From NCBI GenBank assembly GCA_038257035.1, contig JBBSJT010000045.1:1-18000 (forward strand): a stretch of DNA of 18,000 nucleotides. Reading direction: 5' to 3'. Positions within the stretch are counted from its first letter, which is position 1. Each line of letters starts with the position of its first letter. Below are positions 1-6,945 of the stretch, one piece after another. Both the position numbers and the translations under genes were made by a program. The stretch is from Chlamydiia bacterium (GTDB lineage: Bacteria; Chlamydiota; Chlamydiia; Chlamydiales; Parachlamydiaceae). The notes beneath the pieces are model-generated. The model saw nothing but the letters and a program-made list of their open reading frames with translations. It was not told the origin of the DNA and made no database searches.

Positions 1-543
1 ACCAGCAGGTGCTAGAATGGAATTAAAGACAAATTTTGGAAATTGAATAAAAAGAGCATCAGCAATCTTGCAGATAATTTTCCCAATTGGTGTAAGTACG
101 TTGTTGTAGGTCCACTTTGTAAAGTTCACAATTGCATTTCCAATTGCCGGAAGAATTTTTTGGAAAAGGGTTTGGACAACAGTCTTGATTGCGCGTCCAA
201 TAGGAGTTAGGATATTATTGTATGTCCAGATAGCAACATTTTTTAGTGTTCGACCGATAAGTTTTGGAAGGGTGATAAAAAATGATTTAATCAACTTATT
301 AATTTTCTTTCCAATGGGCAATAAAATATTTTCAAAAGACCATTTTGCTAATTTTGGTAGACCATAAAAAAGCGAATAATAGATCGTAACAGGAATAGAA
401 GATATGATAATTAAAGCAACATATCCTATTTTTTTTATGAGAGAACTTTCATTCCATGTTTGACCAAAAGTTTTTTTGTTATTATTAACTTTGAAAAATT
501 CCTGATTGTTAATATTTGAGGGATTATTATTTGTGACTTGCAT
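1..543 (-). CDS. Membrane-anchored protein with 19/38-aa amphipathic helical repeats (N-terminal part only; runs off the window edge)
   Basis: Manual translation from ATG at 543 gives 181 codons with no stop: MQVTNNNPSNINNQEFF...IGYVALIIISSIPVTIYYSLFYG (hydrophobic segment), then KWSFENILLPIGKKI, IWTYNNILTPIGRAI, KWTYNNVLTPIGKII. Missing from the ORF track because its stop lies outside the window. Confidence 0.85.
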   Translation of the reverse strand, partial: MQVTNNNPSNINNQEFFKVNNNKKTFGQTWNESSLIKKIGYVALIIISSIPVTIYYSLFYGLPKLAKWSFENILLPIGKKINKLIKSFFITLPKLIGRTLKNVAIWTYNNILTPIGRAIKTVVQTLFQKILPAIGNAIVNFTKWTYNNVLTPIGKIICKIADALFIQFPKFVFNSILAPAG

Positions 544-568
544 GGAAAATATCTTTTTTTAAAATTGG

Positions 569-1150
569 TTAAACGTATTTGAAGGTGTGGCTTACAGTGA
601 TGCTGTCACCATTTTTTATGCCATATGCTTGCAAAGTTAAATCTTCATTAAGATCAGATGATGGAGAATATTGAAAATTATATTTAGACTCCAAAAAGGG
701 TCGTGGTTGATCGTTTGGTGAATAGGTAGTATCTTGACCCAGCATTTGACAGCAGATTTCCATAATTTTTTTCATTTTTGTGTTTTCATCAACAATTAAA
801 ATTCCCCATTTTAAGCCCCCTCTACCATGACCTAAATTGATTTGAACTTTTTCAGCGTTCCCTTTTTCATCGATAAATAATTCTCCAACTCTTTGAATTG
901 TCTCTCTACAAAAAGGACACGGATTTCTATCATCTTTGTAAAAACTGGACCGTCCATCACTTTTCGCTTCAATTAAACAGACGTTATGGTATGTGTGTCC
1001 GCATGTCAATTGTCGTAAATGGCTTGAACTTTCTTCGCAAAGCAAAGGATCAAGGCAAATTGCACATTCTTGTTCTTTTAACGTGTTATAAATATTAATG
1101 GTTGGTAATGGTAATGGAAATGGTAGTTTAGATCCCTCAAAATTATTCAT
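569..1150 (-). CDS. RING-H2 zinc-finger protein with C-terminal ubiquitin-like domain; putative E3-ligase effector
   Basis: C29-x2-C32-x17-C50-x-H52-x2-H55-x2-C58-x19-C78-P-F-C81-R82 is a C3H2C3 RING-H2 pattern. The C-terminal VDENTKMKKIMEICCQMLG...LNEDLTLQAYGIKNGDSITV resembles a beta-grasp Ubl/SUMO-like domain. Confidence 0.85.
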   Translation of the reverse strand: MNNFEGSKLPFPLPLPTINIYNTLKEQECAICLDPLLCEESSSHLRQLTCGHTYHNVCLIEAKSDGRSSFYKDDRNPCPFCRETIQRVGELFIDEKGNAEKVQINLGHGRGGLKWGILIVDENTKMKKIMEICCQMLGQDTTYSPNDQPRPFLESKYNFQYSPSSDLNEDLTLQAYGIKNGDSITVSHTFKYV

Positions 1151-1400
1151 CAGTTCTCTTTTTTTGTTATTAAATTTAATTTAATAAATAATTCTAGCAT
1201 TGATTTGTGATTAATATCAATCGTAAAAAAAATTGTACTATGGTTAGTCACAGTGAGATGCAGATTTGAACTTTCAAAAAAAACTTGATTTTAAAAGATT
1301 CGGATGAGATAGGTAATTCATACAATGGCTACATCTTATAGTTACTAAACAGTAGAAATAGGAGTGTGTAATATTGTTTTAAATAGGGAGGGTGATTCTT

Positions 1401-2552
1401 ATGCAATCAGAAAAATTGACTCAAGAACTTGAAATTCCTCCATTTAATTTACATCGATTTTTAAAAACTGTATTTGACCCCAAAAAAGGGGAAAAGCTTG
1501 CCATTTTGATCGATTTGGAAAATCCTGAAGAGCTAAAGGATTTTGATTTCTTAAACAAAAGCGGTCATGAAGCACAAAAAAAAGCTTACGAAATATTCTA
1601 TCAAGGGTTGAAACGAGGGGAGATGCAAGCCTTTGAGCTTGAATCAGTTGACTTTTTTGCCTACCAGATGACGGGAGGGAGCAATCTTGAATTGCCATCA
1701 ACTGTCGTTTCAAGCCAAGGTGAAATCTTAAAATTGACTGATGTTTACATCAAGTATGAAATCATTCTTTGCATCGGCGCCTTTTCAGCAACAGCACCAT
1801 TGACATTAGCTGCAAAAGAATATGATTTTAGAGGGGCTACAATCCCGGGGCTCAACGATATAGTTTTAAATACAGGTCTTGCCACAGATCAAAATCAAGT
1901 CTGCCAATGCACAGAGAAAATGCGTCAAGGCATGACAGGTGCCGATTCTGCAGATATTGATTTTGAAGTAGGCAGTGCCAAATTTCATTTGCATTTTTAT
2001 CTTGGCGATCAAGTTGCCCAAAAAAATGATGGCATTTGCCATGAATGCAAACATGTTGTCAATCTACCTGCTGGAAAAGTGTATTTTATTCCCTACGATG
2101 CAGAGGGGAGTTTCCCAATGAAATTTGATGATGGAACCCTTGCAGCATTAACTGTCAGTAAGGGGCGCGTCAAAAAAGTAAACTTAATCAGTGGAGATCA
2201 GAAAAAAGTTGATGAGCTACAAGGTAAAATCGATAATGATAAGGCTGTTGGTATCATCGGCGAGCTAGGATTTGGCACTCAAATTTTACCTCATAGCGGA
2301 TGCAATGTTCAAGATGGTAAGGTATTTGGAACGTTTCATTTTGGAATTGGGCGCAATGATCATCTCCACGGTTCAGTGACATTAAGTCGTTTCATTGATA
2401 CCAAAAATGCTTCGCATGAAGATATTTTATTTTCTCAGGAAGCAACACCTGAAATTAAGGTGGTCAGATTTTCGATCAAGCGAAACGGCAAAGAAGAGCT
2501 CGTCATTGAAAATGATGAACCCAAGGAATACCTCAAATCCCTCCTCTCCTAG
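1401..2552 (+). CDS. Peptidase M29 (thermophilic metalloprotease / aminopeptidase T-like) family homologue, possibly catalytically degenerate
   Basis: Motifs NLPAGKVY, IGELGFG, QDGK..GTFHFGIGRNDH and HED follow the M29 C-terminal motif order. GGAGG at 1387-1391 favours ATG 1401 over GTG 1392 as the start. Confidence 0.7.
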   Translation: MQSEKLTQELEIPPFNLHRFLKTVFDPKKGEKLAILIDLENPEELKDFDFLNKSGHEAQKKAYEIFYQGLKRGEMQAFELESVDFFAYQMTGGSNLELPSTVVSSQGEILKLTDVYIKYEIILCIGAFSATAPLTLAAKEYDFRGATIPGLNDIVLNTGLATDQNQVCQCTEKMRQGMTGADSADIDFEVGSAKFHLHFYLGDQVAQKNDGICHECKHVVNLPAGKVYFIPYDAEGSFPMKFDDGTLAALTVSKGRVKKVNLISGDQKKVDELQGKIDNDKAVGIIGELGFGTQILPHSGCNVQDGKVFGTFHFGIGRNDHLHGSVTLSRFIDTKNASHEDILFSQEATPEIKVVRFSIKRNGKEELVIENDEPKEYLKSLLS

Positions 2553-2604
2553 CCCGAGCTGCACATCCACAGAGTACATAAAGCAGAACACACGGTTATA
2601 CCGT

Positions 2605-2832
2605 TGAGGGAGCTTTTTTTACCGCGAAGAACGCGAAGAAGCGCAAGCTTCGCTGCGGGAAGAAGCGCGAAGAAGCGCGCTTTCGCGCGTGGTGGAAAGG
2701 TATGGTGCTAAAGTAAAAAGACTATAGATTTTTCTCCTTGTTCTTCCTCGCAGCATGAGCTACACTTTCTTCGCGCTTATTCCCGCGCTGCAGCGCGCTT
2801 CTTCGCGGTCTTCGCGGTAAAAAAATCCCTCA
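2605..2832. repeat. Long palindromic element, CGCGAAG type (copy 1); probably also a bidirectional terminator between convergent genes
   Basis: Arms 2614-2644 and 2795-2825 are complementary at 30/31 nt. Inner arms 2655-2674 and 2767-2786 match at 19/20. Outer TGAGGGA/TCCCTCA pair and T7/A7 tracts. GC-rich against an AT-rich background. Confidence 0.9.
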
Positions 2833-2838
2833 TAGTGG

Positions 2839-3873
2839 TCATTCTACAGGGATGAGGCTCTCTTTTAGGCCTTGCTTGTCCAGCTTGACCAACCAAATTT
2901 CATGATCCTGCCTTCCATAACTAATGTAGACAAATCGCTTTGTGGCAATAAATCCACATGGAAAAATGACTTTAACTGGATGCCAGTAGGGGGTATATTC
3001 CTTGCCTTCATAAAATCCTAATGAAATAATTGGTTTGTTGCTAATATTTGTAATTTCAAAGGGTGGTTCTTTATTAAAAGTGTAGGCACCCATAAAGTAA
3101 TGGGGGATTTTTTGTCCCTTGGAGTGAACCGTCGACATATTCATTGAACTGTGAAAAAATGCAAGGTACTCATCTCCATCAAGAATAGCGGGGGTACCGC
3201 CTCGAAGTTCGCCAAAATCCCAAGACACATTCGAATGTGTGCAACTTATGGTTGTTGCCTCATTGGAGCAAGGAATAGGATATAAAATTTTGTGTTCTTG
3301 CAAACTATAGGCCATTAAAAGATATCCATCATAATCAAATGGAACCCAATTTTTTTCTCTTCTATGTTTATTCTCACCTTCAAAATGCAAAATAGCGTCT
3401 GTGTTTCCAATTCCGATGGTTTCGTTATCAATAAAAATCTCTGTTATATACATCCTAAAACCCGAAGTGCACACCAATTCATCTCTGTTGTCGCTATAAA
3501 TAAGATAGAGTCTGTTTGCAACTTTAATCAATCTTGCATCCTCAGATTTTGCATTTTCGAAACCAAGGTCAATGATTTGGGGTTCATTTATGGGGTTAAA
3601 ATCAGCATCCAAGAAAATGAGCCCAATTAAGCTCTCCGCCGAAGAACAAAAGGAGTTAGTTTTTGAGTCTTCAGGAATTGTTCTAAAACTTAATAGAATT
3701 TTATTATCCCATTCTATGATAGAAGGATTAAAGGCGTGGGGGTATTCAGGTATCTGAAGTTGTTTTGTCTTTAGAACAAAGCTTGAGGCTTGTTCTTCCA
3801 GGTTTACTTCTGCAAAACCGTTATATGAATAAAAAAGTGAACTGAAAATAAAAGTGATGAGAAAAATATTCAT
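2839..3873 (-). CDS. Exported five-bladed beta-propeller glycoenzyme, GH130/GT91(Bmt)-like (paralogue 3)
   Basis: Signal-like N-terminus (MNIFLITFIFSSLFYSYNGFA). Motifs AFNPSI, EDARL, EKNWVPF, ELRGGTP, FFHS, HYFMGAY, VIFPCG, YGRQD. Confidence 0.7.
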   Translation of the reverse strand: MNIFLITFIFSSLFYSYNGFAEVNLEEQASSFVLKTKQLQIPEYPHAFNPSIIEWDNKILLSFRTIPEDSKTNSFCSSAESLIGLIFLDADFNPINEPQIIDLGFENAKSEDARLIKVANRLYLIYSDNRDELVCTSGFRMYITEIFIDNETIGIGNTDAILHFEGENKHRREKNWVPFDYDGYLLMAYSLQEHKILYPIPCSNEATTISCTHSNVSWDFGELRGGTPAILDGDEYLAFFHSSMNMSTVHSKGQKIPHYFMGAYTFNKEPPFEITNISNKPIISLGFYEGKEYTPYWHPVKVIFPCGFIATKRFVYISYGRQDHEIWLVKLDKQGLKESLIPVE

Positions 3874-3889
3874 GTTAACCTAAAAAAAA

Positions 3890-4963
3890 TTAATTCTGAC
3901 AATCTACCAAGCTATCAAGAAGTTGCTGTTTATCAATTTTGACAATCCACATTTCATGGTCTTGTCGACCGTAGGAGACATAAATAAATGGCTCTTCAAT
4001 AAGGATTCCGCAAGGAAAAACACACCTGACAGATTTCCAATAATGTTTGTAGTAAACACCCTTGTAAAAGCCTTTTCCAACGATGGGCCGAGGACTTATT
4101 TTATTGATTTTAAAAGGGGGGGTTGACGAAAAGGTGTAGGCACCCATAAAATAATGAGGGATACATTTTTTATTTGAGTAAACACTTAAAAGATCAATAG
4201 ATGAATGAAAAAATGAAATGTACTGATCACCATCAAGAACTGCAGGAGTTCCTCCTCTAAGTTCTCCAAATTCCCAATTTAACTTTGGCTCAGTACTTGC
4301 AATAGTTTCACATTTGTTAGTTTTGGGTAGATGCTGAAAAATCGTATGAGGAATCAAGCTGTATGCGAGCATCATGTTGCCATGATAATCAAAAGGAACC
4401 CAATTTTTTTCTCTCAAATAGGGGTTTGCCCCTTCAAATTGTTTTAAGCAATCCGTGTGTACAACGACAAATTGATCGTTTCTATAATCTATTTCTGAGG
4501 TATAAACGCGAAATCCTCCTTTACTGATGTAGTCCTCTTTGTTATCACTATAAACGAGGAAAAGTTTTTCGCCGATCACTATTAACCGTCCGTCTTCAGC
4601 TCTGGAAGGGACAATTGACAAAGGGTCTTGGGTATCAATGATTTGCGGTTTGGTTATTGGGTTAAAATCTTCATCAAGCAAAACAAACCCGATTTGAGAG
4701 TTAAAAGTTAAAAGTGGGCTTGGAATGATGCGAAAACTTAATATCAACATATCTTTGAAGCGGACAATTCCCGGATTAAAAGCATGTTTATATTCATCTA
4801 ATAGAATCCGTTTGGTGTCCATAATGTATGTTTGGCAATTATCCTCCAATTCAATTTCTTCTTGAGGCTTGTTTGACCAAAATAAAGTATTTAAAAAATT
4901 ATTTTCATGAGCAACAGCCACATCAAATATCGTAAGTAGCAAGAATAATATTCTGAATTGCAT
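3890..4963 (-). CDS. Exported five-bladed beta-propeller glycoenzyme, GH130/GT91(Bmt)-like (paralogue 2)
   Basis: Signal-like N-terminus ending AVA. Motifs AFNPGI, EDGRL, EKNWVPF, ELRGGTP, FFHS, HYFMGAY, VFPCG, YGRQD. Confidence 0.7.
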   Translation of the reverse strand: MQFRILFLLLTIFDVAVAHENNFLNTLFWSNKPQEEIELEDNCQTYIMDTKRILLDEYKHAFNPGIVRFKDMLILSFRIIPSPLLTFNSQIGFVLLDEDFNPITKPQIIDTQDPLSIVPSRAEDGRLIVIGEKLFLVYSDNKEDYISKGGFRVYTSEIDYRNDQFVVVHTDCLKQFEGANPYLREKNWVPFDYHGNMMLAYSLIPHTIFQHLPKTNKCETIASTEPKLNWEFGELRGGTPAVLDGDQYISFFHSSIDLLSVYSNKKCIPHYFMGAYTFSSTPPFKINKISPRPIVGKGFYKGVYYKHYWKSVRCVFPCGILIEEPFIYVSYGRQDHEMWIVKIDKQQLLDSLVDCQN

Positions 4964-4974
4964 TTAAAGCCCCT

Positions 4975-5979
4975 TTATAATCTGTCCAAACTCTTTAAAA
5001 GAGCCGCTCTATCCATAGTTACAATCCAAATCTCATGATCCTGTCTTCCATAGGCTACAAAGATGTGTTGATCATCAAAAATAAACCCACCAGGAAAAAC
5101 AACCCTTAGAGGTTTCCACGTTTTATGTGATGGACCATTATAGAAATTTTTTCCGATGATCGGTTTTTTACTGATCGATTTAATTGCATGGGGAGCATCT
5201 TTTTCAAAAGTGTATGCCCCCATGAAGTAGTGGGGAATTCTCTTTCCATCGGATTGCACTGTTTTCATCTCTTTTGCTGAATGAAAAAAAGAGAGATATT
5301 CATCCCCGACAAGAAATGCTTGTGAGCCACCCCTTAGTTCTCCATATTTCCATGGAGCTTTATTTACAGTTGAACCTTGAGTTTCACATCGATTTTCAAA
5401 TGCAATAGGTTTTAAAATTGTGTGTGGTTGAAGGGAATAGATTAACATTAATTGATCTTCATAAACAAAAGGTGTCCAATTTTTTTCATGACGACTTTTA
5501 TTTTCCTGATCAAAATTGTTAAGAACTTCAGGATTTTCAATGTAAAATCTTTTTCCATCAAATTCCATTTTTCCAATCAACATGCGTCTAAAGCCTTTTC
5601 TTGCTGAACCCAACATATCATTATAAACCATGAATAGCTCATCGCCGATAGTAATAATTCTTGGATCTTGCGCCATAGATTGGCCAGATATTTGATTTCT
5701 TATTTCGACAACGTAGGGTTTTGAGATTGGCTTAAACTTATTATCAAGTTCAATTAAACCTATTTGATTTGTCGTTTTAGAAAGGGGATCGCGTATTCTA
5801 AATACAAGCAAAATAGAATCCTGATAGCGCACAATTGATGGATTGAAAGCATCAGGATATTTTGGAATATGAATTTGCTTTGTATCTAAAATAAATGGAT
5901 CGGGATTTTCTTCCAAATCAATAACTGTTGAAAATAAAAAATTAAAAAATGACAAAAATAATAAAATTAAGTATTTCAA
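4975..5979 (-). CDS. Exported five-bladed beta-propeller glycoenzyme, GH130/GT91(Bmt)-like (paralogue 1)
   Basis: TTG start and signal-like N-terminus MKYLILLFLSFFNFLFS. Motifs AFNPSI, QDPRI, EKNWTPF, ELRGGSQ, FFHS, HYFMGAY, VVFPGG, YGRQD. Confidence 0.7.
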   Translation of the reverse strand: MKYLILLFLSFFNFLFSTVIDLEENPDPFILDTKQIHIPKYPDAFNPSIVRYQDSILLVFRIRDPLSKTTNQIGLIELDNKFKPISKPYVVEIRNQISGQSMAQDPRIITIGDELFMVYNDMLGSARKGFRRMLIGKMEFDGKRFYIENPEVLNNFDQENKSRHEKNWTPFVYEDQLMLIYSLQPHTILKPIAFENRCETQGSTVNKAPWKYGELRGGSQAFLVGDEYLSFFHSAKEMKTVQSDGKRIPHYFMGAYTFEKDAPHAIKSISKKPIIGKNFYNGPSHKTWKPLRVVFPGGFIFDDQHIFVAYGRQDHEIWIVTMDRAALLKSLDRL

Positions 5980-5996
5980 AGCTGTACCTAAAACCT

Positions 5997-6878
5997 TTAT
6001 TTAGCAAAATTTATTTTTTTAAATTCACTATCTGGCCAATATTCAAAAGGGAAGGCATTGTAAAGCTTCTCAAGATCGCAATCAAAAGGCGGTTCGCCGC
6101 CCATTTGCAAAGCTTCTTCAACGGATGTTGCGAATTTAAAATCAGGACGGTTTGTTCCAAGATAGTAGTCGATATATTTTAACATTGGTTCATTATCTGT
6201 CACTCGCAAATACCTTGCAGGAATCCCGAAAGCTTCTGCCAAAATAATGCCATGCAAAGAGCTTGAAATAACAAAAGCGCTATTTGTGATTTGTTCAATA
6301 ATTGTAAATAGCTCATCTGTTGGGTAGACAATTTTCATGAACTCATTTTTTGGAAATAATTTTTCTTCGCTGTAATGTGGGATCACGATGAAATCATGTT
6401 CAGGATATTTTTTCTTTTTAAATTCAGGAAAAAAATAAGGAACAAGCAGGGCTGGATCACCGTAAATTTCCGGACAGTTAATCCCGAAGGTTTCCATCAA
6501 AAATTGTCTTGAAAGAGGCCCTCTTATGGCTCGAACATCTAGTTCTGTAAAGTTATAATCTTTTTTATCCATGCGTTTTCCGTTTGTCCCAGTTCCCCAT
6601 ACAACATCATTTTGGTTTGAAAAAATAAGAATGGAGCCTATTGCCAGTAATTTTTTTTCATAACCAAACATCTTTTTTTTATAAACGCGAACCTCTTCTC
6701 CAACGATCCTCTCGACAAGTTTTAATGAAAGATAATCACCAAAATTTACCATGCGAGGTTGTTGCCAATAATAAAGCGGTAATCCTTGTTTTGTGAATGA
6801 AGTTGAGTAGCAAGGCGATAAACATAAAATTAACTCAAGAACTAAATAGAGGCTGATTATTTTATTTTTTAAAAGCAT
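5997..6878 (-). CDS. Polysaccharide pyruvyltransferase family protein (ExoV-like) with N-terminal hydrophobic signal/anchor
   Basis: Motifs NFGDYLS, LAIGSIL, VWGTG, AIRGPLS, GDPALL, IPHY, SSSLHGIILAEAFGIP, KYIDYY. Confidence 0.85.
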   Translation of the reverse strand: MLLKNKIISLYLVLELILCLSPCYSTSFTKQGLPLYYWQQPRMVNFGDYLSLKLVERIVGEEVRVYKKKMFGYEKKLLAIGSILIFSNQNDVVWGTGTNGKRMDKKDYNFTELDVRAIRGPLSRQFLMETFGINCPEIYGDPALLVPYFFPEFKKKKYPEHDFIVIPHYSEEKLFPKNEFMKIVYPTDELFTIIEQITNSAFVISSSLHGIILAEAFGIPARYLRVTDNEPMLKYIDYYLGTNRPDFKFATSVEEALQMGGEPPFDCDLEKLYNAFPFEYWPDSEFKKINFAK

Positions 6879-6945
6879 GTTTTCTCCGTAATTATTTTTT
6901 TAGAGCCAATTTTTGATACTATAAATTCATTATCAATTTATCAAG

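Noticed and set aside
185..367. 60-aa plus-strand ORF
   Set aside because: Antisense shadow of the longer minus-strand repeat-protein gene at 1-543.
1151..1400. AT-rich divergent intergenic region with short inverted repeats (TTGAT...ATCAA)
   Set aside because: It should hold promoters, but the matches are too short to distinguish from chance at this AT content.
2395..2607. 70-aa ORF overlapping the peptidase 3' end
   Set aside because: Alternative frame with no SD or recognisable motif.
3000..5500. Recurring DNA segments (e.g. CCAATTTTTTT, CCCATAAA) at ~1.1-kb spacing
   Set aside because: They encode the conserved EKNW and YFMGAY motifs of the three paralogues and are not independent repeats.
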